46,790 bases of DNA from Myxococcota bacterium (GCA_049322255.1 JBMORE010000190.1:1-46790); one strand, 5' to 3'; shown: positions 1-9,493, counted from the stretch's first letter. Program-made: numbers and translations. Notes: generated by a model from the sequence alone, not told the origin.

Positions 1-471
1 CATCAGCCGGTCACCGTCCCACGCCTCGGAGGAGTGCGCGTACCCCAGCTTGTGCAACGCGACATAGGCGGCGATGAGCTCTTCGTTGAGCCACGTCTTG
101 ACTTGGGGTCCCCGGTAGCTCGAGGCCGCGCCGCGCACCACCTCTTCGAACGCGGTGTCGAAGCGGATGTCGAAGGGGCCCTGGCGCACCGCTCGGCGAA
201 CGTTGTGCGGCACCCGGAAGCGCGACAGGTCGATGACGAAGCGTGGGTCGGGCGAGCGCCAAAGAATGGGTTGGTGTTCCGAGTAGTAGGGAAACAGTCC
301 GCGTCGATACGCAGCCAAGAGCCGCTCCGGCTTCAAGTCGCCGCCCACCGCCACCACCCCGTGGGCGTTGGCTTCGCTCCCGGGTGGAAAACTCTCCACC
401 TCGCCGTTGAGCCGGCGAACTCCGCGCAGGGCCAGCGACCACTCCTCGAGCTTCTTCTTCCACTTTCCCAT
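1..471 (-). CDS. aat: Leucyl/phenylalanyl-tRNA--protein transferase (3' end runs off the window)
   Basis: Not in the ORF track; translated by hand from ATG 471 (GGAGG RBS just upstream): ...GVVAVGGDLKPERLLAAYRRGLFPYY...PILWRSPDPRFVI...IRFDTAFEEVV...TWLNEELIAAYVALHKLGYAHSSEAWDGDRLM. This is the typical L/F-transferase motif series. Confidence 0.9.
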   Translation of the reverse strand, partial: MGKWKKKLEEWSLALRGVRRLNGEVESFPPGSEANAHGVVAVGGDLKPERLLAAYRRGLFPYYSEHQPILWRSPDPRFVIDLSRFRVPHNVRRAVRQGPFDIRFDTAFEEVVRGAASSYRGPQVKTWLNEELIAAYVALHKLGYAHSSEAWDGDRLM

Positions 472-495
472 GCAAGCCTCCGTCCAGACCAAGAG

Positions 496-2001
496 CTATC
501 CGCCGCGCAGCACCGAGGAGGCGAGCTCGAGTGGCCTCACCCCGGCAAGCCGCAGCGCAAAGAGGTATCCGGCTCCGAACACGCCGGCGGCGGCGAAGAG
601 CGGCACCCAGCGCCACCCCACACTCACCAGCAGCAGCTCGTCCGCTCCGGAGAGCACCGCGCGCAGCGCCCACACCCCCATCGCTGCGCCCAGCGCCGCC
701 GCGGTGGCTTTGCCCATGTCCATCCACGGCATCAGAAGCGCTTCTCTCCAAGGCCGCTGCTTCACCCCCAGCGCCGCAGGGAGCGCCACCATCAACGCCC
801 CCACCCCGATGACTTCGGTGATGACCGAAGACGCCATGGCGCCTTCCATTCCGAACCACCGCACCCCCGCGTAGACGATGGGCACGGTGGACACCGCCTT
901 GAGCACACTGGCGCTGAAGATGTGGGCGGTGCGTCCGGTGGCGCGCAACACACCCTCCACCGGGAAGATGGCCAGCGCCGTCGCCAACACGCCCACCTGA
1001 TAGAGAGGAGTCGCTGCCTGGTACTTGGATCCGAAGAGCGCGGTGATGAGCTCGGGGGCGGCGACGCAACAAAAGGCGGTCAAGGGGAGGAAGGCGTACG
1101 CCAGCTTGGCGGTGGCCTCGCGGTAACAGCGCACGCCCTCCTCGAGCCCTCCCTGGCTGTCGAGCTCCGAGACCCGCACCATCAACACCTCGCTCACCGG
1201 CGTGAGCAGGAGGTTCACCAACGGCAGCTGAAAGCACGCCACCGCGTAGATGGCGAAGTCCTCCGGCGAGACACTGAAGGACACCGCGTATTGGTGCGCG
1301 AGCAGTTGGGGCACGGTGATGGCCACCGCAGCCCCGAAGGGCGCGGCGTACTTGAGCTGACCGACGAAGAGGCCGGTGCTGAACCAAGCTCCCCGGTGAC
1401 GCCAAAAAAGCCAGGCGGTGCCCAGCGCGCGCAGCGCCGCCCACCCCGCCATCCCCGCCATCAACCCCGCAAGGCCCTGGCCGGCCAGCACCGGGAGCAC
1501 CATGGCCAAAGTACGCGCCGCGTCCGAACCCAGGTACACCCCGGCCGCCACTTTGGTGCGCCCCTCGGCGGTGAAGACAATCTCCAGCGGGCTGGAGACG
1601 ATGGTCCCCACCACGTACACCGCAAGCAGCACCCGATGGCGCAAGAGCTCCGGGTTGGAGAAGTACGTCGAGACGTGTCCACCGAGCAAAGCGAGGAGCA
1701 CCACCGCCGCCAGGCTCACCCCGGTGAGGAAGACGAGGGTCTGACCCAGGTAGGCGCGGCGCTCGCTCGTGCGCGGCAGGAAGTAATACAAACTCTGAGC
1801 CACCCCGAAAGGCAGCATGAAGTGCAGCGTCTGCGCGACCAGGAGCAACTGTTTGTACGTGCCGAACTCGGGAAGGGCGAGCGCGCGGGTCAGCACCAGG
1901 GGGATGAGCACGGTCACCCCCGCGGAGACGGTGCGCGCGAGGACGAGCGGGCCCGCCTTCCCCAGGAAGGAGCTTGCCGGGGCGACCACCGACATCCTCA
2001 T
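496..2001 (-). CDS. Wzx-type oligosaccharide flippase (polysaccharide biosynthesis protein)
   Basis: C-terminal 501 aa of ORF 496..3246. ATG 2001 overlaps the upstream TGA (ATGA). Multi-TM protein with the typical start 'LARTVSAGVTVLIPLVLTRAL...EFGTYKQLLLV...FGVAQSLYYFLP' and later 'APELITALFGSKY'. Confidence 0.85.
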   Translation of the reverse strand: MRMSVVAPASSFLGKAGPLVLARTVSAGVTVLIPLVLTRALALPEFGTYKQLLLVAQTLHFMLPFGVAQSLYYFLPRTSERRAYLGQTLVFLTGVSLAAVVLLALLGGHVSTYFSNPELLRHRVLLAVYVVGTIVSSPLEIVFTAEGRTKVAAGVYLGSDAARTLAMVLPVLAGQGLAGLMAGMAGWAALRALGTAWLFWRHRGAWFSTGLFVGQLKYAAPFGAAVAITVPQLLAHQYAVSFSVSPEDFAIYAVACFQLPLVNLLLTPVSEVLMVRVSELDSQGGLEEGVRCYREATAKLAYAFLPLTAFCCVAAPELITALFGSKYQAATPLYQVGVLATALAIFPVEGVLRATGRTAHIFSASVLKAVSTVPIVYAGVRWFGMEGAMASSVITEVIGVGALMVALPAALGVKQRPWREALLMPWMDMGKATAAALGAAMGVWALRAVLSGADELLLVSVGWRWVPLFAAAGVFGAGYLFALRLAGVRPLELASSVLRGG

Positions 2002-3134
2002 CCTCCCTTGAGCAGGCGCTTGGCGGCAGGCAGGAGGCTGAACTTGGCCGAGCAGAGCATGCGGCCCTTGGGAGTGCCGCGGAAGAGGTAGAGCCAGGCG
2101 TGCGGGCGCACCGTCTGGGTCCAGTCGAGCTTGCAGGGCGTGGCGTTGCCGAGAAAATCGAGCTCGGTCACCCCCGCTTGAATGCAGGCGCGCAGCGAAT
2201 CTTCGGTGAGCAGCTGCCCCGGGCTCACCATGTGGTGGGCCTCGTCGTACGCCGGCTTCAAGGTGAGGTAGCGCTGGCCGTAGGTGACCGCGAAGTCGAA
2301 GGCCACCGCCCTGCCGTCGAGCCGAAGAAAGTACGCCGAGAGGTAGCCGCCGGCGGCGGAGAAGTACCCCAGCGTCGAGTAGAAGCCGTGGGTCTGCGGG
2401 CTCTGCACGATGGCGGTGCCGTTCTTCCCCTTCCACCCGCTGCGCTCCACCTCGAAACCCTCGGCGAGCTTTTTGGCCAGCTCGCCGCCTCCCTCCACCC
2501 GCTCCACCTCCACCTTGCCCAGCTCGCTCAAGCGTCGCCGTCGTCTGCGAAGGCTGGCGCGGAAACGTTTGCCCAGCGCCTCTTCGAAGGCCTCGATTGT
2601 CGTGGGGAGCGCCAGGTACGGCGAGCGCTGCGAGTCCCACGAGCCGTAGGGCATGTCCAGCGCGGCCGCGGCCTCGAGGAGCGCCATCGCCGCGCCGGTC
2701 TTGGGCACATCGACCAGCCGCAAGACGTCCCAACGCTCGTCGGCCCCGAGGTAGGAGAGCAGCGCGCGGGCGGCCGCTGGCGGATCGAGGGCGAGAAAAT
2801 CGAAGCGGCACGAGTGAGCGTTCGAGGTGCCGGAGAGCTGGCGTACGGTGACGCCGCAGATACTGGCGCTCTCCTCGAGCAAGGGCAGCGCCGCCACCAG
2901 CGTGCCCGCCGCATCTCGCCCCAGCAGCACCCGCAGCCGCGACTGGGGGGCGAAATGATCGAGCCAGATTTGAATGAACTCGTGACGGTAGAAGAAGTGG
3001 TCGTTGCTGGCGCGCACCAGCGTGTTCCACTCGTCTTTCAACGCGACGAAGTCCTCGCGCTCCGTCACCTCCGACACCGTGGCCACCGGGGCCGCCGCGG
3101 GCTTGTGCCACCCGCCAAGCTCCACTGCCTGCAT
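1998..3134 (-). CDS. GNAT-family acyltransferase, CelD/BcsL (Acetyltransf_6) type
   Basis: Motifs 'LKDEWNTL..FFYRHEFIQIW', 'WDVLRLVDVP', 'SPYLALP', 'LRRRRRRL', 'ERSGWKG', 'AYDE..SPGQLL', 'ELDFLG'. GGAGG RBS upstream. Confidence 0.8.
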   Translation of the reverse strand: MQAVELGGWHKPAAAPVATVSEVTEREDFVALKDEWNTLVRASNDHFFYRHEFIQIWLDHFAPQSRLRVLLGRDAAGTLVAALPLLEESASICGVTVRQLSGTSNAHSCRFDFLALDPPAAARALLSYLGADERWDVLRLVDVPKTGAAMALLEAAAALDMPYGSWDSQRSPYLALPTTIEAFEEALGKRFRASLRRRRRRLSELGKVEVERVEGGGELAKKLAEGFEVERSGWKGKNGTAIVQSPQTHGFYSTLGYFSAAGGYLSAYFLRLDGRAVAFDFAVTYGQRYLTLKPAYDEAHHMVSPGQLLTEDSLRACIQAGVTELDFLGNATPCKLDWTQTVRPHAWLYLFRGTPKGRMLCSAKFSLLPAAKRLLKGG

Positions 3135-3298
3135 ACACGCCCTCCCTCTCGCCCTTTTCCCGGGGGTAAACCTTCAGGGTGATTGAAGCGGGGGTGATTT
3201 GGGCACTTGGTCCTTTGGGCGCAAGCCGTCTTTTTCGTTGCGGCACGGCGCGCCCCAGACCGTTACGCTGCGAACAGCCTTAACGCTCGGAGGCCGCC

Positions 3299-5044
3299 TT
3301 GAACGACACCCAGAACCTCTCCTTCATCCGCTCGCTGTGCATGGGGCAGATTGAGGAGGACGTCATTCTCCCCTTCCCGCAGATGAAGGACGCGGACAAA
3401 GAGACCCTCAAGAACGTCCTCACCTCGATTGACCAGTTGCTCTCCCCCCGGGCGGGCGACTTCCGCAAGTGGGACCGCGCGGGAGAGATGCCGGGCGAGT
3501 TCATCGACGAGCTCAAGCAGTTCGGCTTGTTCAGCCTGGTCATCCCCGAGGAATACGGGGGCATGGGCTTTGGGAGCACCGCCTACTCGCGCGCATTGCA
3601 GGCGGTGGCGCAGCACGACGGCTCGGTGGGGGTGACCATCGGGGCGCACAGCTCCATCGGCATGCGGGGGCTGCTCCTCTATGGCACCGAGGAGCAGAAG
3701 AAGCGCTATCTGCCCAAGCTCGCCACCGGGGAGCTGATTGCCGCCTTCTGCCTCACCGAGCCCGGCGCCGGCTCGGATGCGGCGAGCATCAAGACCACCG
3801 CGGTGCGCGAGGGTGACCACTGGGTGCTCAACGGCAACAAGCTGTGGATTACCAATGGAGGCATCGCGCAGTTCTTCACTGTCTTCGCCAAGACCGGAGG
3901 CGTCGAGGCCCGCGGCCACATGACTGCCTTCATCGTCAGCACCGAGATGGGCGGGGTGAGCGCTGGCCCTCACGAGGACAAGATGGGCCTGCGGGCCAGC
4001 TCCACCACCACCGTGCATTTCGACAATGTGCGAGTGCCCGCAGATCACGTGCTGGGCCAGGAGGGTAAGGGCTTCAAGGTGGCGATGAACATCTTGAACA
4101 GCGGCCGCACCGGCCTGGGCGGAGGCTCGGTGGGCTTGATGAAGAAGCTCATCGCGCTCTCCGCCAAGCAAGCCACCGAGCGGCAGCAGTTTGGCCGGCC
4201 CATCTCCGAGTTCGGGCTCATCAAGCAGAAAGTCGGGCACATGGTGGTGGAGTGCTACGCCTCCGAGGCCCTGGTGAACATGGTGGCCGGGCTCATCGAC
4301 CAGGGGTACGAGGACTACGCGGTGGAGGCGGCCATCTCCAAGGTGTTTGCCTCCGAGGCGCTGTGGCGCACCGCCGACGAAGCGCTGCAGACCGCGGGAG
4401 GCAACGGGTACATGTGCGAGTTTCCCTACGAGCGCATCGTACGCGACTGCCGCATCAACCGCATCTTCGAGGGCACCAACGACATCCTGCGGCTGTTCAT
4501 CGCCCTCACCGCGATGAACGACGTCGGCGGGCAGCTCAAGGAGCTGGCGCAGAGCCTCAAGGGCGTCTTCAACGACCCCATCAAGGGCTTCGGAGTGCTC
4601 TCCGACTACGCCCTCAAGCGCGCGCAACTGGCCACCGGGCTGCGTCGGGAGAAGGGGGCTTTCACCAAGCTGCACCCCTCGCTCGAGGCGGAGGCCGCCG
4701 TCTTCGAGGCCGCCACCCGCGACTTGGCGACGATGGTGGACCGCACCTTGCGCAAGTACGGGCGCGACATCATCGGCCAGCAATTTCCCACCAAGCGGCT
4801 GGCGGACATCATGATTGACCTGTTCGCTCTGGCCTGTGTGCTCTCGCGGGTGAGCACCTCCATCACCCAGAAGGGCGAACAGGCCGCCGCCAAGGAGAAG
4901 GAAATCCTCACCGTGTTCGCCCGCCAGGTGAAGGGCCGGGTGAAGCGCAACTTCGGGAAGATTGACGACAATGACGACGAGCTGGTGCGCTCCTTGGCAG
5001 ACCACGCCTTCGAGAACGAGGGCTACGCCTGGGACAACCTCTGA
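3299..5044 (+). CDS. Acyl-CoA dehydrogenase (long, VLCAD/ACAD9-like)
   Basis: FCLTEPGAGSD, NGNKLWITNG, KMGLRASST, RQQFGRPI, GGNGYM, RINRIFEGTN motifs plus a C-terminal extension. TTG start with GGAGG RBS. Confidence 0.93.
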   Translation: MNDTQNLSFIRSLCMGQIEEDVILPFPQMKDADKETLKNVLTSIDQLLSPRAGDFRKWDRAGEMPGEFIDELKQFGLFSLVIPEEYGGMGFGSTAYSRALQAVAQHDGSVGVTIGAHSSIGMRGLLLYGTEEQKKRYLPKLATGELIAAFCLTEPGAGSDAASIKTTAVREGDHWVLNGNKLWITNGGIAQFFTVFAKTGGVEARGHMTAFIVSTEMGGVSAGPHEDKMGLRASSTTTVHFDNVRVPADHVLGQEGKGFKVAMNILNSGRTGLGGGSVGLMKKLIALSAKQATERQQFGRPISEFGLIKQKVGHMVVECYASEALVNMVAGLIDQGYEDYAVEAAISKVFASEALWRTADEALQTAGGNGYMCEFPYERIVRDCRINRIFEGTNDILRLFIALTAMNDVGGQLKELAQSLKGVFNDPIKGFGVLSDYALKRAQLATGLRREKGAFTKLHPSLEAEAAVFEAATRDLATMVDRTLRKYGRDIIGQQFPTKRLADIMIDLFALACVLSRVSTSITQKGEQAAAKEKEILTVFARQVKGRVKRNFGKIDDNDDELVRSLADHAFENEGYAWDNL

Positions 5045-5045
5045 G

Positions 5046-5145
5046 NNNNNNNNNNNNNNNNNNNNNNNNNNNNNNNNNNNNNNNNNNNNNNNNNNNNNNN
5101 NNNNNNNNNNNNNNNNNNNNNNNNNNNNNNNNNNNNNNNNNNNNN
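5046..5145. other. Assembly gap (100 N)
   Basis: Run of exactly 100 N, a placeholder of unknown true size. Confidence 1.
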
Positions 5146-5913
5146 GTCCACTCCGAAATCGGATATTGGAACGTGGCGTACCACCACGGTGCGTGGCTTC
5201 AGCTCTCTGTCGACCGGCCGCGCACCATCTCGTTCGAGGACGAAGGGGGCTTCCTACCCATCCACTACGCGGGCATCTTCGCGGGAGCTCGTCCCCGTGT
5301 CGGGCCGGGGTGGCTTTCCCTGCACATCGGCGCCGCCAACGGGCGAGGGAACAACAACGACGACGTGCGCGTGGTGAACGACACCAACCCGGCGAAGGCG
5401 CTGCTGGCGGGCGTGGAGTACGAAGGGCTGGGCTTGCCCAACCTCCACTTAGGAGCATCGGCGGTCTTCGATTGGATTGCCCCGGTCGACGCGACCCTCC
5501 GGCCGAGCCTTCCCGACACACCGATGAGAGAAATGATTTTCAGCGGCTACGTCGCTTACCTCGACGACGTGTTGACGCTCATCGGCGAAGGCCACCACGT
5601 TCGACATACTGCTGCGGGCCAAGCCTGGGGGACCTCGGGGGCTTACGCGCTGGTAGGCTACCGCTTTGGTGTCGTGACACCCTACGCGCGCTTCGAGTGG
5701 ATTGACCCCAGCTGGCCCACCCCAGACCCCTTCTATGTGCCCGACCCGACCGCCCCGTTGACGCCGGTGGACGACCTCGTCGAAGCCGTCAGCGGAATCA
5801 GAGTCGAAACCACCGAATGGAGCGCGTTGAAGCTCGAGTACCGGTACGCCCACTTCCTGGAAACCAACCAGTACGAGCACCTCGTCGTAGCCAACTGGTC
5901 TTTCGGCATCTAA
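5146..5913 (+). CDS. Outer-membrane beta-barrel/porin-like protein, 5' end lost in the gap
   Basis: Frame is open from the gap edge: VHSEIGYWNVAYHHGAWLQLSVDRP...FEDEGGFLPIH. Alternating amphipathic strands ('YALVGYRFG', 'ALKLEYRY') and an aromatic C-terminus 'ANWSFGI'. Confidence 0.6.
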   Translation, partial: VHSEIGYWNVAYHHGAWLQLSVDRPRTISFEDEGGFLPIHYAGIFAGARPRVGPGWLSLHIGAANGRGNNNDDVRVVNDTNPAKALLAGVEYEGLGLPNLHLGASAVFDWIAPVDATLRPSLPDTPMREMIFSGYVAYLDDVLTLIGEGHHVRHTAAGQAWGTSGAYALVGYRFGVVTPYARFEWIDPSWPTPDPFYVPDPTAPLTPVDDLVEAVSGIRVETTEWSALKLEYRYAHFLETNQYEHLVVANWSFGI

Positions 5914-5919
5914 TTGCCT

Positions 5920-6636
5920 CTACGTCGTCCGAGCTTTCGCCAGCACCAAGAGGTTGTACGCCGGCCGTAGACGGGCGGTCAGGCCGGGCGCGAGACGAAA
6001 GGCGAGCCGCTCCAGGCCGTAGGTGAGGCACCGCCACGGGTGGAGCGGCCAATGGTCGAGCTCGCCATCCCAGGTGTAGCAAGCGTCTTCGACGAGATAG
6101 CCGGTGTCGATGAGCGTCGCCTGCGCCGTCTCGGCGGTGAAGTAATGCAGATGCCCGTACTGCCGGCGCATGTGCAAAAGGTGGCGCGACCCTCGGGCCA
6201 CCGCCTGGGAGCTCACATCCAAGGGAATGTGGAAGATGAACCAGCGCGCGCGTTCGCGCACGGCAGCGAGGAAACCCAAGTAGTCCGCCACGTGCTCGAA
6301 GACATCGAGCGCCAGCAAGAGATCGAACACTTCCCGGCCCTCACGCGCGAAGTCGCGCTGGTGGAAGGTGAGGTGGGCGTTCTCCTTCGCCTTGCACAAA
6401 GCGATCGCCTGGCTGGAGATGTCGTAACCCGTCAAGCGCGCACCACGCCTCAGGCGAGGCTGGAGCTGCGCCAGAATCTCCCCCGCACCACAGCCCACGT
6501 CACATACCGTTTGGGGAGCGAGCTGGTGTTTTTCCAGCAGCTGGAAGACCTTCCCCGCCTTCCAGGGAGCATCCGCCGCGTGCCAATCGGGCACCTTCCG
6601 GAGGTACTCCCCCTCTTCGTAGCGTGCCGTGAGCAT
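5920..6636 (-). CDS. Class I SAM-dependent methyltransferase
   Basis: Motif I 'VCDVGCGAG', 'GYDIS', 'FDLLLALDVFEHV', 'GHLHYF'. ATG 6636 overlaps the upstream TGA (TGATG). Confidence 0.8.
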   Translation of the reverse strand: MLTARYEEGEYLRKVPDWHAADAPWKAGKVFQLLEKHQLAPQTVCDVGCGAGEILAQLQPRLRRGARLTGYDISSQAIALCKAKENAHLTFHQRDFAREGREVFDLLLALDVFEHVADYLGFLAAVRERARWFIFHIPLDVSSQAVARGSRHLLHMRRQYGHLHYFTAETAQATLIDTGYLVEDACYTWDGELDHWPLHPWRCLTYGLERLAFRLAPGLTARLRPAYNLLVLAKARTT

Positions 6637-7619
6637 CACCTGGCCAGGTCGAGGAGTCGCCACCAAGCCCGGCGGACCGGCTCGGGTAAGGTGTTTGGAT
6701 AGAGCTTCACCGGAACGTTCGACCTCCGGCCGGCCTGCAGCACGCCGAGCTCGATGGTTTCTCCTGGCCGGTGACGGAGTTGGATGTAGTCGGTGACGGT
6801 CCGCGCCATCGCGCACTCCTCGACACCGTCGACCGCGTAGAGAACATCGCCCACCGCGAGCGGCACCCTGGCGAGACGGACGGTCCAACCACACTGGGTC
6901 ACGCGCGAGGCGAAACCGTCGGGGTTCAGCCCGAGCGACAGCTTCTCCGCCGCCGAAAGCGGTGCCGACTGTGCCGGAGAGAACGACGGCGGACCTTCCC
7001 TCACGCAGGCCCGCTCCCAGCTCTGCGGGTCTTCCCTTCCCCTTTCCCACTGGGCCGCTTGGAGGAGCGATTCCAGCTTGGGGTTCAAGGGCACATCGAT
7101 GATGAGGTGGGCACGTACGCTGTCCCCGTTGACCACCGCGTGCAGGCTCTGGTTGTCGAAGGTCCAGACCTCACCCACTGAAAAGTGCATTCCCCGGCCC
7201 TCGGAGAGCAGAAGAGCGCCCTCATTGGTGGTGATGGGGATGTGCAGGCGAAACGGGTCTCTCCACGCCGGCTTGTCGTCGGTGTGGGGACGGGCGACCC
7301 CCATTGGCTTCATACGGAAGATGAACGCGTAGGTCGGCTGACCGAACGGTCCATCGTCGCTCACCAGCCACTGGATGTAAGAGAGCTGAGCGAGGATGTC
7401 GGCGTTCGCCACTGCAGACGTGGTGAAGTCCTCCTCGGTCCCCCTCTTTCCTCCCCGAAGCAGCAACATCGACGCCGAGCAGTGGACCCGCCAATGGCTG
7501 ACCCACCAAGCCTCCGGCGGAATCGTCCGGTAGTCGGCAAGCAATGCTTCACTGTCGATGTCGACCGGCAGCTTGAGAAAAGACCGCTTCGAACATCGCG
7601 CCACGATGGGGGGGACCAT
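6636..7619 (-). CDS. Asp/Asn beta-hydroxylase-family Fe(II)/2OG oxygenase with C-terminal PDZ-like domain
   Basis: 'RPHTD...RLHIPITTN...GEVWTFDNQSLHAVVN...RAHLIIDV' gives the HxD..H triad plus Arg. The C-terminus 'LAVGDVLYAVDG...RPGETIELGVLQAG' is PDZ-like. Start codon uncertain (7619 or 7658). Confidence 0.75.
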   Translation of the reverse strand: MVPPIVARCSKRSFLKLPVDIDSEALLADYRTIPPEAWWVSHWRVHCSASMLLLRGGKRGTEEDFTTSAVANADILAQLSYIQWLVSDDGPFGQPTYAFIFRMKPMGVARPHTDDKPAWRDPFRLHIPITTNEGALLLSEGRGMHFSVGEVWTFDNQSLHAVVNGDSVRAHLIIDVPLNPKLESLLQAAQWERGREDPQSWERACVREGPPSFSPAQSAPLSAAEKLSLGLNPDGFASRVTQCGWTVRLARVPLAVGDVLYAVDGVEECAMARTVTDYIQLRHRPGETIELGVLQAGRRSNVPVKLYPNTLPEPVRRAWWRLLDLAR

Positions 7620-7861
7620 GGGTACGGCCCGAGCTGGCGTCAAGGGGCAGCCATCCACCAGCGAATGACTTCCCTCAGGGGGTGCGCAGGTAAAGGAGTT
7701 TTACCTCCAACGCTCCGATGCCTCTTGGGAGGATTTTGCCTAGCAGCCCTCCACTTCCCGTGGATGACTTTCGCCTTCCTTTGGCGGCCTCAGCCGTTCA
7801 CCGCGTAGACTGCCAGTCCTCCGGGAGAAACCCTCACCCGACCTGCAGCGACCGTGAGGGA

Positions 7862-9013
7862 TTAAGTCTCTGACGCGCCGCGGCGGCTGAGAGTCCACGC
7901 CGGGGGAGCCCCGCGCTCCTCCTCGAGCTCGCGCAGCTCCAACCCGCGCAGAATCTCTATCTGCGTGAGGGTGCCCACCAAGCGCCCATCTTCCACCACC
8001 GGAAGCTGGGGTACCCGTTCAGTGCTCATGAGCCGCAGGGCCTTCCAGACCTCATCTTCGGGCGTCACTGGCTCCACGCGAGAAAGTATGTTGTCCACCC
8101 GCGACCCGTTGCGCCGGTCCGCCGGCACGCTCTTCACTGCTCGCAAGGTCACCACGCCCACCGCGTTTCCCGTCTCATCGACGACCGGGAGCGCCAGTCT
8201 CCGTTCGAGTTTCATCCGCCGGGCGACCTCCTCCACCTCGGTGCCCAACGGGATAGAAGAGGTGCGCGGGGACATCAAGTCGCGCACCCGCACGTGGCCC
8301 AATGCGGCCTCCATCAACACCTGCCGTGTCTCCGCCTCGGCCCCCATGTACACGAAGAAGGCGATGAGCAAGAGAATGATGTTGAAGGAGAGCAGCCCGA
8401 AGATGCCGAAGAGGAGCGCGAAGCCTTTGCCGAACATGCCCGCCACCCGAGTGGCCCGCACTCGCCCCAGCTTGCCGGTGAGCGCCGAGCGCAAGATGCG
8501 CCCTCCGTCCATAGGGAAGGCGGGCAGTAAGTTGAACGCCCCCAAGAAGAGGTTGAGCTGTCCTAGATAGAAGAAGGCGAAGCGCAGGTTGAAGTTGGCC
8601 TCGGCCAGCAGGGCGTACAGGCCAAGAAAAACCCCTCCCAACAAGAGGCTCGTCAAAGGTCCTGCGAGCGCCATCAGCCCCTCGTGCTTCGAGCGCTGCG
8701 GCAGCTCGGAGATGCGCGACACCCCGCCAATCATCAACAGGGTGATGTCGGTCACCTTGCCGCCTTTCTTGATCGCGTAGAGCGCATGGGCGAGCTCGTG
8801 CACCAGCACCGCCAAGAAGAGCGACACCGCCAAACCCAGGCCCCACAGCCAGGGAGAACCCGTCAACTGCTCAGGCGGCACTCTGGCTGCCTGCGCCGCT
8901 GCAGAGAACACGCGGCCGAAGAGCAGGGCGAGGAAGGGAAGAACCAGCAGGAAGGAGAAGTGGATGCGAATTGGTATGCCGCGAATGGTGGCCAGCTTGA
9001 ACGCCCCGCCCAT
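7862..9013 (-). CDS. Site-2 (M50) intramembrane metalloprotease with CBS pair
   Basis: HELAH, AGP, NLLPAFPMDGG motifs, then two CBS repeats ('VRDLMS', 'LPVVE..RLVG'). Confidence 0.92.
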   Translation of the reverse strand: MGGAFKLATIRGIPIRIHFSFLLVLPFLALLFGRVFSAAAQAARVPPEQLTGSPWLWGLGLAVSLFLAVLVHELAHALYAIKKGGKVTDITLLMIGGVSRISELPQRSKHEGLMALAGPLTSLLLGGVFLGLYALLAEANFNLRFAFFYLGQLNLFLGAFNLLPAFPMDGGRILRSALTGKLGRVRATRVAGMFGKGFALLFGIFGLLSFNIILLLIAFFVYMGAEAETRQVLMEAALGHVRVRDLMSPRTSSIPLGTEVEEVARRMKLERRLALPVVDETGNAVGVVTLRAVKSVPADRRNGSRVDNILSRVEPVTPEDEVWKALRLMSTERVPQLPVVEDGRLVGTLTQIEILRGLELRELEEERGAPPAWTLSRRGASET

Positions 9014-9064
9014 GGCTCACCTCCTTGGCGAGAAAGGTAGCCACGGCCTGCGAGGGAGACGAGG

Positions 9065-9475
9065 ATGAAGCCCATGCTCCCCCGCCTGGTGGCCATCCTC
9101 GCCTTTTCCGTCTTGGCCTGTGGACCGAGCACCGACATTTCCGTCTCCGACCACAGCGACGCGCTCACCGGGAACGGGCATGACAACCTTTTTCAGCTCA
9201 AGGTGCTGAGCATCGACGCGCTCGTTCCCATCGCGCAGGTTCAGCTCAGCGTCGCGCCACCGGGCCAGACGCAGCAGGTGGTGGAATTCGCCCACGACGA
9301 CGCCGACGGAGACGGCAAGCTGGGGCCCAACGACATCCTGGTGGGCAAGGAGTCGGAGGCGAACCGCTTCGACGGCGGAGATACCGGCACCGAGTACCGC
9401 GTGCTGCTTCTGCGCGACCGCAAAACCACCAAGCTCGAGCAGCTCGCCCAGGGCAGCTGGACGCCGGCGAACTGA
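9065..9475 (+). CDS. Hypothetical lipoprotein with a DxDxDG (EF-hand-like) loop
   Basis: Signal peptide with lipobox VLAC, 'DADGDGKLGPND' loop, GAGG RBS. Confidence 0.7.
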   Translation: MKPMLPRLVAILAFSVLACGPSTDISVSDHSDALTGNGHDNLFQLKVLSIDALVPIAQVQLSVAPPGQTQQVVEFAHDDADGDGKLGPNDILVGKESEANRFDGGDTGTEYRVLLLRDRKTTKLEQLAQGSWTPAN

Positions 9476-9493
9476 AGGCGGTATCCACCCCTC

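Noticed and set aside
34..2091. Long plus-strand ORF (685 aa), and similar antisense ORFs such as 1974..3182, 11987..13186, 13517..15691 and 29985..31433
   Set aside because: These are antisense shadows of well-supported genes, expected in high-GC DNA, with Arg/His/Gly-rich composition and no motifs.
3164..3199. Direct repeat GGGTGATT x2 (3177, 3192) in the divergent GNAT / acyl-CoA dehydrogenase intergenic region
   Set aside because: It could be a regulator site, but two 8-mers are too weak to call without comparative data.
2002..3246. N-terminal 415-aa extension of ORF 496..3246
   Set aside because: It is an off-frame shadow of the GNAT gene. The flippase starts at ATG 2001, coupled to the GNAT stop.
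3263..5705. ORFs reading through the N run (3263..5521, 4962..5705)
   Set aside because: They span an assembly gap of unknown length and overlap real genes.
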